Source: Tubulanus polymorphus
Taxonomy: Eukaryota > Animalia > Nemertea
Direction: 5' to 3'
Assembly (NCBI RefSeq): GCF_964204645.1
Contig: NC_134026.1
Location: 457,950 to 521,949, forward strand
DNA: 64,000 bases
This document shows positions 51,150-64,000 of this stretch, piece by piece. Every line of letters begins with the position of its first letter. Position 1 is the first letter of the stretch. The notes under the pieces are model-generated. The model had not been told where the DNA came from, searched no databases, and saw only the letters and a list, made by a program, of their open reading frames with translations. Made by a program: the position numbers and the translations under genes.

Positions 51150-51690
51150 TCCGGCCCTATTTCTTGGCCGGCACAATCGCGAAAATTAGCACAGCTGTAA
51201 ATAGGTTAAAATGGCGGGTGTAATTTTTTTCTTTTTTGATGATTTTCGATATTTTTATAAATAAACAGTCAAAATGAAGCGAAAAATGTCAAAATATTGC
51301 TATAATTTTAAGAATCACAAATCAAAATTACTATGATATGATTTTCACAAGAAAGTAAATTCCCATATTGTGCTGCCACCTCTCAATCAAAACGCAGACA
51401 ACGAGCAGGTGCTTATCTGAAACGATAACTTTTCTTTAAATAATTTTCACGCAATATTAACCTAAAATTTATTAGAAATATAAAAAAACATGTAAATAAA
51501 TTCATTTTATAATAGAAAATTCATACAGTTGATAATTTTCACCGTAAATTCTTCATCGACGTATTCGGTAATCGATTTGAGTTTTAGTATGCGCTGGTCT
51601 AGGGGCAGCTTCCGTGTTCTCTAATTTCATGAATTTCGTGGATTTTCGTGTGTTTTCTGAAAACGCGAGCTTCTAAACTCAGTAAGAACA
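51150..51690. promoter_or_regulatory. Probable bidirectional promoter between ATXN2 (-) and TBC1D10 (+)
   Basis: Head-to-head genes; CpG-richer DNA; AAAATGGCGG (YY1-type) at ~51208; cttccg (Ets-type) at ~51609; + strand donor ca|gtaag at ~51682 for a non-coding first exon. Confidence 0.55.
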
Positions 51691-52324
51691 TTTTTACTAA
51701 TCACTCGGCGCGTTCGACAAATATTGAATAAATAGATGACGCTTGTCGTACTGAGCTGTTGAGAGATAGATCGTGTCATGTCAAAAATCAATTCTAATTC
51801 AATCAATCTTTATTGGTCGAGATATTTGTCATCTGTTGGGGTATATTTGAGTCTGAAAGATCGTCGAATACAATCAATGGTCTGAGAATTATGGTATGCA
51901 TGGAACATGAAAAGGCTGTTACTTTTACTGGTGTTAGTCCAGCAGGAGGGTGTTGCTGGTGTGACAAAAACATGAAATTATTTTTATTATTTATTGCCTG
52001 GAATTGGTGACTAACACTTAGTGACTTACAGGTCACAGACAACTAACCACAAGATGAAAAGCCAATGAAATAAGTTAGAAGAAAAATTTGAGAATTTACT
52101 GATTTTTCTCTAACAAAGATTTTATCCTGAAATCTAGAATTGTGAGGCGACAAGAGTTAATTGAATTAGCACTAGGATCTGAGTCACTATAAAACCTAGT
52201 AATAAGGAGTAGGGCGTGGATGGAATTTAATAATGGAAAAAGTTCTAATTAAATGTCATATATTCCAGGTTGAGTTTATATGTATTTCGTATTAATGGAA
52301 TAAAAGGATGCTCTCATCACAACA

Positions 52325-55300
52325 ATGGCCAACGCTGCAGTGGCTGAACCTCCTATAGATGATGTTATTCTAGCTGATTCTAGCGATGAAGAAGCTGATT
52401 ATGATAATAATGTACCGAGTACGAGTAAATTAAACGGTGAACCGTCGCGTAATACTGATCGTTACGGGTTCCTCGGCGGTGATCAATACACTAACCCTGA
52501 AGCGTAAGTATCTCACAGTCCTTATTACAGATCAGGGGATTCCTGATTTGTTTCCCCTGAAGGGAGATTGAATTTTAAGTGCCTTGTTGTTCTTGCTGGT
52601 GAGGAGTATCACAAGGAATCTCTTGAAAAGAAACAGCCCCCACTGAGAATATCTTATGAATTCCATCAGGTTCCATTTTTGATCAGGGAAACATCAATGA
52701 ATTATTTATTGCCTGATCTGTAAGAATCCTGGTCATTCAATGCTTTCATGAAATTCTGATTTGCTGCCAATGTTTTTATTCCTCTCTTTGTATTAACGGT
52801 TTAAATTCTGTAATTTTTTTTTTTTCCAGCGAGAGAAGGCTTCCTGTCGCTAAACTTCGAAAACGAGAATTAAAATGGCTTGATATGTTAGAAAACTGGG
52901 AGAAATGGATGAGCAAAAGATTTAAAAAGGTAAGAGATGTTTATCAGGTTACACACATAGTTGACACCAATCATTGGTTTGTGTAACACTTAAAGTTGAT
53001 ATAAGGCTCCACTGTCCTCCTAGTTAGTTACCTAATCGTTGGTTGTAAGCTTTTATTTAATCGGATGGACTTATGGTTTATGAAAGTTGTAGTTGAACAT
53101 ACCACACAGACAGTTTCCACCAGAAAGTTGAAGCTTGTAGCTTTATTTAACATACATTTAGAAAAGTAGACAGTCTCTCATATCAAGTCTGATATATCAG
53201 GGTATATTAATTTTAACTATCGATTAATTGATCTAGATGTCATTGTAATTCATTCACCTGATGTAGCTACTACTATACATTAGTGGCGAAAGCTTGTACT
53301 TCAGATAATCTGGTTAACCTATAAAGTTGTACAATCTGTCTCGTAGTATTGATTTCAAAGTAATGATTGTCCTAAGAAACAAATGTGTCAAAACTATTTG
53401 CTAAATGTACCTTTGCTTCTTTGTTTATACCAATCGTCAGCCATGACCTTGCTGTAAATTGAAAACTCTAAGTATTATTCTATGTGAATATAGGGCAAGG
53501 TTAGATTCTGTGTTTAGTATTTGGAATCAGTGTCTAATTGTTTGATATATAGGCTAGCGTACATGCTGTAGCTCTGCTAGGCTATGATTTTATTCCGGGG
53601 CTAAAAGGAAATTAATGTCAATTTGTTACATACTATAGTCATAATTATATATGTAGAATTGATCATATTTTAGTGTGTTTAGGGAGAGTGAGAGAGAGAG
53701 AGTTAGTGTTATAAATGTGAGGTCACTAGTGCATATATCAGATCAGATAACAATCAATCATTAAACACTCATGATCCACTGTGTAATAGTTTGTATTTAT
53801 GCCTCAATTTCTCTTGCAGAAGAACTGCACAATATTCTCTCATATATCGGTATATTTTGCTACTGTTGACTCAGATAATGTCGGTAGACCTCAGTATCGG
53901 TGTAAATGTGGTCAACAGTCCCTACATCTTTACCGAATTTAGTTTAGGTCTAAATTTGACTACTGACTGTGTACTATAGTATCGACCAAGAAAACCAATA
54001 TTTCTCCACTTCACGATTGCAGACCTGACAATAATTAATATTAGAGAGTAGTTTCTGCTCTTCTACTCTCAAAAATATCAAAATATTCTGAAAATCAGAC
54101 TAATTTTTCATTAAAACTACTATTTGTTATATCAGATTACTCAGGTAGTCAGGTCTGCACTTGTCTCTATTTTCAAGCCGTTTTTAGATTTGTTTTCGGG
54201 TTAAGTCGATGTCAATAGACCTTTCAGTTTAACCGTTATATTTTACTGAAGTGCTGTGTTTATTTTTTTTCTTATGTAGGTGAAAGAACGTTGTAGGAAG
54301 GGGATACCCCCTTCACTGCGAGCTCGGTCATGGCAATACCTGTGTGGGAGTAAATATTTACTAGAACACAATCGCGGTAAATTTGAGGTCAGCAAACAAT
54401 CACCATCCACGCTTTATTAACCAAAAAAATGCTTTGAACGATATTATCACTGATTATCGAAATGTTTCTCTCGTTATACGTTGATAGGAATACTTAAGAA
54501 TGCCCGGCGATCCTAAATGGATTGATGATATCCAGAAAGACCTTCACAGACAGTTTCCTTTCCATGAAATGTTTGTAGCTCGCGGAGGACACGGGTAAGC
54601 TTCAATACTGACCTGGAAAACTCAGGCACAAAAAACCTGGAAAATTCAGAGAATCTGGATTTGCTATTCACTGGGCGTTTCTTTATCAATACTTAGAAAT
54701 AATAGCTGGTAACATTTCGAACCAAGCAATTTCTCCATTCTCCTGCAGCAGACTCACACTCAAAATCAGGGCAAATTTAGAAATGGCCGACCGATTTCAA
54801 TTGTAGTTGATCAGTGAAAGGATGTTCTCAGAATTATTTCATTATTTCACTGACAATAACAACCTAACCTTGAATATTAATTTTTCAGTCAAGAAGATTT
54901 ACAACGTGTATTAAAAGCATATACTGTTCATAATCCTACCGATGGTTATTGTCAAGCACAGGCTCCTATAGCAGCCATCTTGCTAATGCACATGCCAGCT
55001 GAACAAGCATTCTGGTGTCTAGTTTCTATATGTGAGAAGTATTTACCTGGATATTACAGCGCTGGTCTGGTAAGTCATCAATTATCTAAATGGATTTTTA
55101 ATGTCGACAGTGTTTAACGTGGTTGAGTTGATGAATGCTTCTATTCATTCAGTTTTAATGATTTCGTGCGTGTCATATAAAAAACATACGGTAATCTTCA
55201 AATAATTTTTGCTCGGGAAATTAAACCAATATAGGATTCATACTCATCCTTTATTCCATGAAAACTTCTCGGAAGTAAACAAATATTTTCGACGAGAATT

Positions 55301-58177
55301 TTGAATCACTAAATTTGTGAAATTGTTCTAATAAAATTGCGAGCTGTACATACATGGGAACATTCATTACAATGAGCTTCAGGAGACCAGAAAATATGTT
55401 GTTATAACTGATAGTAATTTTAGTTCTGAATTCTAAGTTACCCAAGAGAATGATGGACCTGTGTCCTTAGATTTTGGGAAAGCCTTAAAATTTTCATAAG
55501 TCATTGTATTTCTGCGACAAATATTAATCCCTCTCATTCTCGACAATAATATCTTCTCTTCCTTATCTCTCTTTATCTCTATCTCTCTCTCTCCCTCTCT
55601 TCCACTCTCTATCTCTCTCTCTTCCACTCTCTATCTCTCTCTCTCTCTCTTCCACTCTCTATCTCTCTCTCCCCTTTCCCACACTCTTGAGTCTCAACTG
55701 CATGTCTCCTCTCTTTTCACTGTAGCTGCCACTCACCCTCACTCTCTCTCTCTCTCTCTCTCTCTCCCCCCCTCTCCCCTCTCCTCTCTCTCCTCTCACT
55801 CTTTCTGACTCCTCTCTCATTCTGCTCACTCTCTCCTTTTACTCTCTCATCCACAAAGCATTCTTTAATTCACTGATTCGATTGCTGTTTAACTCTATAA
55901 AGATCAGATCTAGTGATTCATGATCGATCTGTTCAAGCAACTGTTATGAGTTAGAAATAATTCTGAATCAATCAGCGGAAATAATTCACACAACTCGATA
56001 TCAGATCATCATCATCATCATCATTATAGAATATACAAGAGACTGAGAGAGATGATTGAGACCTGTCAACCACCGCAGAATCTACTGTATTAATGTTACT
56101 GCTGGTTAATTGGTGTTAATTTTCTCATTGATTCTGATTGCATTTTCATAATTATTAGGCTGGTATTTGTTAATAATAAGAGAGTTTTACCAGCGATCAT
56201 GACCAGCACCGACTCACTGCTGATTACTGTCAGCCTCGGGTATAGAATACTCTCATTTACATAGAATCAATGTTCTAGATTTCGTAATGACCCCTGAGGG
56301 TCAAAGACGAAGTGAATCTAGTATTTTATTCCACGCATGAAATCTAAAGGGAAAAACTCATGGTGCTTTGAATTGAAATACAGCGTTTAAAATAACCTGG
56401 CTGTAAAGATGGGTTTCTCTGTTTCGCTGGGGTGGGTACTTTCTCACAGTAAGAACATGATTATATATGAAGCTCTAGTGATGTGTTAAGAGGTTCTGTT
56501 CGAATATAAAGAAAGTCATTCACCAATATATTTGTTTGCTTTCACTCTTGTTCTCGCTGTTATAAGTGTTGCTGATATTGAAATTGATTGATGTTTTTAT
56601 GATGTTGTTTGTAGGAGGCAGTACAAATTGATGGAGATGTTCTGTATGGATTACTGAAGAAGGTTTCACTTGTCACTTACAAGCATTTAGTAAGTTATGC
56701 GAACAACAACTACACCCATTATTCTTTGATTGAAATTTACTGTAGAAAGACTTATCGATTTTGTTGCTGAAAACATGTTATTTTTTAAAAGTGGTGATAA
56801 ATTCTTACTTTTGAAAATGATGCAGTTAAGTTCTTTTTCATAAGTCGTTGGTTTAGGTCATTTTTTAGTACGTACTTAAAAAACTTTCTCATAAAAACGA
56901 CAGAAAAAGCAATCACCATTTTTGTTGAGCTAATGTTAAGTCATTAACCCTTTGGTAATTATAGTTGCTCCGTGGAATGAAACATTCAATGTGTTTTTCT
57001 GTTTTGCAGAAGAAACAAAGAATAGAGCCAATATTATACATGACAGAATGGTTTATGTGTGTTTTTACCAGAACTCTACCCTGGGCTACAGTATTAAGAA
57101 TGTGGGATATGTTCTTTTGTGAAGGTTCGTGCCTCTCATAGCAAACTTATGGTCGCTCCTTAACCCTTTCACTGCTGACTAAATAATACCTGAAAGTGCT
57201 GGAGATAATTTGGAAATTTTGAATAATTCCACTGCAGTGTGTTGAATACTGAGCATACCACTACAGTGTCTCCACTGTGGCGCGGTGTATTGTTAGTCAC
57301 TCACATTGTTTGATAGGTGCTCTGCAATCTATCGATAGAGATAAAAACTAATTACTAATTACATCAATGCACCATGATGCAGTGTACTAGCAAAATCCAT
57401 CATTGATTGATTCACCGCGCTGAAATGCTTCAGAAAAACATCTTTCTCAACTCTACGTTCCTAATAAGATAAAAACCCACTAACTACAGATGATTTCTAG
57501 GGTGAGATCGAAACGTCGTGTCTTATATATATTTTAGATTGAATAAATAAATGTTTTTTAATTCTTTTAATGTGTAGATAGTGGGTTTTTATCTTATTAT
57601 CCGTTCACCACGTTTGAGTGTGGTTATCGTTCTATTCTACGTTTCTATCTGTGTTTCAGGCGTAAAAGTGATGTTTAAAATAGGTCTAGTCTTCTTCAAG
57701 TTTACACTTGGAAGTAAAGAGCAGCTAAGCGAATGTCCATCATTGTACGAAACATTGGAGAAATTAAAACACATTCCTCCAGCGATCATGGAGGAAGAAT
57801 TTCTACTTCATGAAGTAAGTCTTATCAACACCAGCTGAAGAATAGTTTAAACTGATTTTTCTTGAGCAAATATTATAACTGGGGACCATTTCTGCAACAT
57901 TTGGGACCCAGAGCCTATAGTTTTACATAAGTTACAAAATTGCCTCCTACAACGAATTCATCCCTGAACCTGTAGACTGATTTTCCCCCGAAATTTTTTC
58001 AATTGATTTACGTATTTATTTCAGATGCTAAAATTACCGATATCAGAACGAGATATGGAGAAAGAGCACCAGCATCAAATAGCGAAACGTAAAATTCAGA
58101 AAGAACGCGCCAATCGACCGGATTCTGGCAAAAAGAAGAAAAAAGGAAAACATCATTCGTCGGAGGCCGAGAGCTGA
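52325..58177 (+). CDS. TBC1D10A: TBC1 domain family member 10 (EPI64-like Rab GAP), 9 coding exons
   Basis: DRYGFLGG; [10 protein letters not shown]; [23 protein letters not shown]; catalytic [15 protein letters not shown] and GYCQAQAP; [16 protein letters not shown]. Exons ~52325-52503, 52830-52929, 54281-54387, 54488-54594, 54889-55069, 56615-56689, 57010-57124, 57660-57814, 58025-58177. Paralog letter (A/B) is uncertain. Confidence 0.92.
55550..55850. repeat. (CT)n-rich microsatellite region
   Basis: Read directly from the sequence. Confidence 0.9.
57462..57637 (+). mobile_element. Second, 5'-truncated copy of the Penelope-like fragment
   Basis: gatgatttctagggtgagatcgaaacgtcgtgtc...gtagatagtgggtttttatcttattatccgttcaccacgtttgagtgtggttatcgttctatt; its 3' part is the reverse complement of 47850-47910; it has a short inverted 5' arm. 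Confidence 0.75.
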
Positions 58178-59246
58178 CATGAAAGCGGTCCGCGATGAAT
58201 TGACAATCACTCGGGGCCAATATTCATGTGCTATAATATAAACATCATCCTGTCTCACTGTCCCCTTGTCATTGCTCTCTCTCTCTCTCTGTCTATCTGT
58301 GCATGAAACTCGGCCGCTATAACGAACTGATTATCAAAACACAATCGACTTGTGTTTTATTAATCTATGAGTGACGAATAACAACAACAACAGTGTATTA
58401 TGATAATTATAATGATAATTATTATTGATATTATTTTAATCGAAAATCAAATTGTAAGTCAGTTTGCCCTCGTGTGTAAATGTATAATTGTTACCACTGT
58501 CTGAATTACTGTATTATTTGTATACAATTTTGTAAATAATAGTATGTGATTTGCTTCGATATTTCGGTATCTTAGAATCCCTTAGTTTAACCTAGATCCC
58601 GTTCCACAGTTCCGGGTTCAAATTTGGCTCTATGGCGGAAATGAACTTATTTTAAGTCAAACTTAACCAAAACTGTGGAACAGGGTCCTAATCATAGGTT
58701 GGTGTTAAGCTATTGATATGGGGGTTATAGGATGTGAAGCCGCGATTGTATCTATTAGCTGCCTATGTATGTATCTGTATCCGATAAGCTTCATGATTTT
58801 GCAGGTGTGATATTTTGAGATTTCGCAAGCGTTAAATCGATATTAAGTCTTTCAACGAAAACAATTGTATCGATAATCAATACGTGAACACATCTATTTA
58901 ACACAAGAGAATCATTGCATCAATTTTTCATTGTGACCCACAAATCTAAAATGACCTACCAGTAGCTTGCAAAAATCTGTTCGATTCAGTTGTGTCGTAA
59001 CACAAAATCTATAGAGTTGCTAAAGATTTATTTGATAAACTATAGGGGTTCGTTTAATAGACCCAGGGACCACTTTCTCAAAAATTCATGTAGAAGTTAA
59101 CTTTTTGAATAACTGACAATTTAATTCATGATTTGGTTGATGAATCCAGATCTAGTAGATGAAAAACTACATCGTTACTAAAGTATTCTAACTTTAACCA
59201 ACCTTTGAAACACTGGCTTCAGTATTGACTGGGTCTAAGTTGTTTA

Positions 59247-59749
59247 AACCCCGGGACCTGGGTAATTCACTCTGTTAGCCCGAGTTAAAACTGGTCTAAC
59301 CCCCGGGATCTGAGTAGTTCACTCTGTTAGCCCGAGTTAAAACTGGTCTAACCCCTGGGATCTGGGTAGTTCACTCTGTTAGCCCTAGTTAAAACTGTCT
59401 AACCCCTGGGATCTGAGTAGTTCACTCTGTTAGCCCTAGTTAAAACTGGTCTAACTCCCGGGATCTGGGTAGTTCACTCTGTTAGCCCGAGTTAAAACTG
59501 GTCTAACCCCTGGGATCTGGGTAGTTCACTCTGTTAGCCCTAGTTAAAACTGTCTAACCCCTGGGATCTGAGTAGTTCACTCTGTTAGCCCTAGTTAAAA
59601 CTGGTCTAACTCCCGGGATCTGGGTAGTTCACTCTGTTAGCCCGAGTTAAAACTGGTCTAACTCCCGGGATCTGAGTAGTTCACTCTGTTAGCCCGAGTT
59701 AAAACTGGTCTAACCCCGGGATCTGAGTAGTTCACTCTGTTAGCCCGAA
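59247..59749. repeat. 52-bp minisatellite, ~9.5 copies
   Basis: cgagttaaaactggtctaac...gggatctgagtagttcactctgttagcc at 59281, 59333, ... Confidence 0.97.
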
Positions 59750-62700
59750 CTGCTCTATACAAGTGGCCCGAAATGTTTGTATGTGTGAAACATATCAGAA
59801 TGAATGTTTTCTGTGATACAGAATATTCTGTACACAGTAAAATAATTACAGTAAATGAACAATTCATTCGTTTTCTTTTACGTTAACAATATTTTAACAT
59901 CCTGAAAAAAAGAGATAATGAACATGAATAGTATTATTTGCAAAAATTATACACCGATGAATCAAAAATTGTCTTATTTTTCTGTTGAGGTTCTCTGAAT
60001 TATGTAGCATTTAGTATTTACCACTAAAAGTAATTAATTTTTCCTCGGCGGAAAAACCTGATTATTTCGATGAAATTAATTTTCGTTACATTTTATCAAA
60101 AATATTGAGAATGGCGTTATCAAAATAGACTTGAGACACAGTACAAGTATTCTTTAGACGAATCTATTGTTTTCGAATCAAATCGATTCTTTTTCGAGTC
60201 AATTGAATTGGTTTGTTTTTATTTAGAGAATGATGATGTAATTCAGGATCACAGTTCTGCAGGTCGTTCGTTCATCTTATTTGAATCTAGTCTCGAGGCA
60301 ATCACCGGTTTTAGAAAATTTACAAACTTTGCATCTAGCCCAAACCTGCGGAACTGGTTGCTGTGGAGTTAATGATTTATATATCAGGACCCAGTTCCAC
60401 AGTTGTGAGTTAGAGTTAACTCTGAGTTTAAAGTTAGTTCATTTTCAATGAGTTAACTCTAGAGTCAAATCTTAGCTGGGAACTGTAGACCTTGACCCAG
60501 GGGCTGCAGTTGTTTGAAAGGTGGTTTAAGTTTACTGGTCGATAAATATCATAGTGAGAATAGAATGAGCATTTGTAACCATGATGTTTGTCCAGTCGTT
60601 AACTCTAACCAACTTTTCAGCAACTGGTCCCTGTTTTGATAAGTTGTATTACTGTTTCCGCACTTGTCCCACTTATTAACTATTCATCCTGTAACAGCCA
60701 GCTTTGCTGTAGTAAGGGGCAGCCAGCAGATTCAACTCAAATGTTTGTCTTGTGGTGTGAGAACCGTAAAATACGGTTTAATTATCGAGTTGAATATTTT
60801 AAAATGAAACAGTTTTTGTGTAAATATTATATTTGTAAAATAGTTTGTTATTATTGATGCTTGATATTTTTAACGATGACAATAGCGCTTGCTTTTTCTG
60901 GATCTGGTCACTCGCCAGAGGTGGATCGGTTTCAGTTTTTTGATTGGACGAACATGCTGGTTTGATATTGCGTTGTCATTCATGCATTCCACTCTGAATT
61001 CGTGCCATACTAGTCGAAATATTCGTGTTATCTTATTCTATTGAATATAAATAGTCAACATTGTGTTGTTCCGATGCAGTTATCCTCAACTGGCTAAACT
61101 TCTAGTCTTAACTAACGATGATTTTGCTTTTCTGCTCGATTTGAATGTGCAGGCTTTAGATGTTAGCCTAGGAAGTTAGATACCCCTTCGATTCTAGTTT
61201 GGCACCTCAACTATCAGAACTAACGATATGAACAAGTATACCCACGATATGTACATAGATAGATACACTGGGGGACTGTGAAATTGTAGTATTGTATGTA
61301 GGGTTTTGAAACAAAAAAAAAAACACATAAATGATTTTATGATATTCTATTGTATTATATATATGCATATTTCTTGAATGTTTTTTTAAGAACCAGTTTT
61401 TGTGTTTTGGATGTTCGACGTATCTAAACACTCCCCAGCAGTATCAGTATGTCGACATAGATTTATACTCGGTGAACATGAATTTTCCAAACTCCAAAAT
61501 TCATCAAAATATACGCATAAATATTTGATCTATTTTGATGTTTCGTTCGATAATGAGTCTGTCTGGTTGCTTATTGTCATATTTTTGTGAATCGTTGAAA
61601 TGTTTAAGTTTCAAATGATTAAACAATTGTAAAATATACAGTTGTGTCATATATATGTTAATTGTGTATGTGTTTATTTATAAGATTCTAATGCTCTAAC
61701 ATCATATTTGATAATTTCTCAAATTTGTTGCTATTTTAAACCATTACGTATAAACAGTAATTTGTTATGTGAATTTAACTAAAACTATATTCATTCATTA
61801 ATTAATATCCTATAATGAAGTTGCATTCCACTAATCGTAGCTAATTCAGTGTCCTGTACAGATATAGCATGCAGCAATATCATATACACTTAAGATACTT
61901 ATTTTTTTATCATAGTTGTCCGAGTTCTACGTTTCGTATTGTTACGAGCAAGGTAAACCAGTATTGTGTCGTGTTGGAAGAACTTGTACTTCGTGTCCCA
62001 GTCTTTGTGCATCGTCCACATGTGAAACATTCAAAAACATTTCGAAATAACTTATGATTTTGTAAAACCATGGAAATATACAATTTTATATAGAGGAACC
62101 TCGTTAAAATGACCATTTCATTAGTTATTACAAATCTTGAATCTGTCCCAAATAGGACACAATTTCAATGATTTCATCCCAGTTATAACAATGATTTATA
62201 ACGAATAGATTTTCTGTTTCCTATCATTCGTTGTAATGAGGTTCCGCTGTAGGTAGTTTCAGTTATCGGTAATTCTTATTGTCAGTAATTTTGGGTGTCA
62301 ATTTTGTCGCTTATTTGCTATGGTAGAAATCTTTTGAGACCAAGGCCCAGTTGAACAGTCCTGAGTGAAGTTCATAAAGTGGTCTGAAAGTTAAATTGGC
62401 TTCAGAACTAAGATAGTCTTAAGCTGGAAGCCATGACTGCAGCTGGCTCCTGGTTTACATGTAGATCGTTAGCCTTTTCTAGTAACTTGAGTTTAAATCT
62501 AAACCAACTCCTTGTTTACGAATGGTGTTTACTGGAACAGATATTGAAATTAATTACTAGCTGATATTTTCAGGTTTGATCTATTGAAAATGTCAGTCTA
62601 GTATAGCAGGTAGTTTTCCGATGTTGTTGAATCATTTCACAAGTTTATATTCAGTCATAGGCTTATGAACAATAATGATTGATATTACGTACGAATATCG

Positions 62701-63400
62701 AGGGTATTTTTGACGATGTTAATTTTCCCACCTCCTCAAATATTTCATTGTAGATTTATCGCTTTCACAGCATTGTATGATATGTACTTAAATGATGTAA
62801 TAGAATAAATTATTTGATGATTCTTAACCCTTAAATCAATGAGTTTAGTTTTCTGTATGAAGAGGAAACTAGTATACATCTCCAGTCACGTCAGTCCAGT
62901 TTCCAGCATCCAGAGACCTCTTAGAAATTAACAATTAAAATTCCGCTAGGGGACCATATGGTACTGCCACCTAACGCATGTGTTGTTTCTGTGAACTAAG
63001 ATGGGTTCGAAACTGGGGCATCCTCGTCTTATCATTTATAATTCAACCTCCAGATGATGTCCACCCCAATCAGATTATAAGAGCCCAAACAAATAAACAA
63101 TGAGGTTCAAATAATAAATAGAAGAGTTTTGTTAAGATAAATCCAACTTTATTTACACACTTTATTTTCACACATGATTTTTCCACTACAGCAATGCTCG
63201 TTTATCCAATATATGTGTTGTTCACAAGAGAGCTGTAATACAGTAATGGGTTTGCACCGGCTTGCTTCATATCTATGACCCGTTGTTTTGACAAATCTTC
63301 GACAGTTTTATTTTCATTTAAAATAAAGTTTGGTCATTGATTATCTATCTAGGAACCTATAAATTCTAGAAGCGGTTCTACGATGTGTGGAATGCGGTAA

Positions 63401-64000
63401 CTACGAGGCGTCGCTGATAACACCCACTAGAGCCGGTCTGATCGTACGACTATGTAATTTATAACCTATTTTACTGACAACAGCGACCGTACCGGGCTCT
63501 TTATCCGGTGATGGCTGCTGGAATAAAGCTTCGTGAACGTAGGGGTCGAATTTTTCACCGGCCGATGGATTTATCTGCTCTAAACCGTGACGCGTAAAAA
63601 CTTTATGTAATTGCGTATCCGTCATAACGAGTCCTTCGTATAAATTCTTCAAGTGCGGATTCGAATTAGTGATCTCTTCTTTCGGTATGCTCTCCGTCGC
63701 TTTACCTAAAATATCGGCGACTTCCAGTAAATCTTTACAGAATCCTTGGATTCCGAATATTTTCGCGTCGTCCGCTTGTTTTTTCATTCTTTGACGAACG
63801 TTTTCCGTCTCGGCCAAAGCTCGCTTGTATTTATCCTGAAATAAGAAATCATCCACAGTTCGTAGTTAAGTCAAACAGAATGAAAAAATGAAGCAAAACT
63901 TCATAAAAATAGTTTCTAATAACCTCAACTTCTTTAATGCTATTCATGAGTTTCTCTTTTTCTTCTGTTAAAGTCTGTTCTCGCTCGCTGACATGTGACT
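63401..64000 (-). CDS. GRPEL1: Mitochondrial GrpE nucleotide-exchange factor, 3' part (exons >64000-63924 and 63835-63401)
   Basis: DKYKRALAETENVRQR...FGIQGFCKDLLEVADIL...NLYEGLVMT...KFDPYVHEALF...GYKLHSRTIRPALVGV; AATAAA on - at ~63150. Confidence 0.95.

Noticed and set aside
57160-57432. piggyBac-like MITE (TTAA-CCCTTT start)
   Set aside because: The right terminus is too degenerate to confirm a TIR or TTAA duplication.

Overview
AT-rich eukaryotic (invertebrate animal-like) genomic DNA with short GT-AG introns; not prokaryotic. The window has two compartments. (1) About 1-30 kb is gene-poor and packed with minisatellites and satellites (periods of 19, 23, 62, 70, 153 and 159 bp, plus a 300-bp higher-order repeat) and foldback elements. 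It hides a spliced orphan gene on the - strand (CCAAT/CRE/TATA/Inr promoter, ~18-nt leader exon, 340-aa Pro/Thr/Ser-rich basic protein) and a decayed gene made of tandemly duplicated exons. (2) About 30-64 kb is a compact housekeeping cluster: insulin-degrading enzyme (IDE, -), ataxin-2 family (ATXN2/ATXN2L, -), TBC1D10-family RabGAP (+) and the 3' part of mitochondrial GrpE (-). Their introns carry MITEs, tRNA-derived SINEs and Penelope-like fragments, one with a minimal hammerhead ribozyme core at the centre of a palindrome. Exon boundaries were assigned by eye from splice signals and frame continuity; no database searches were run.
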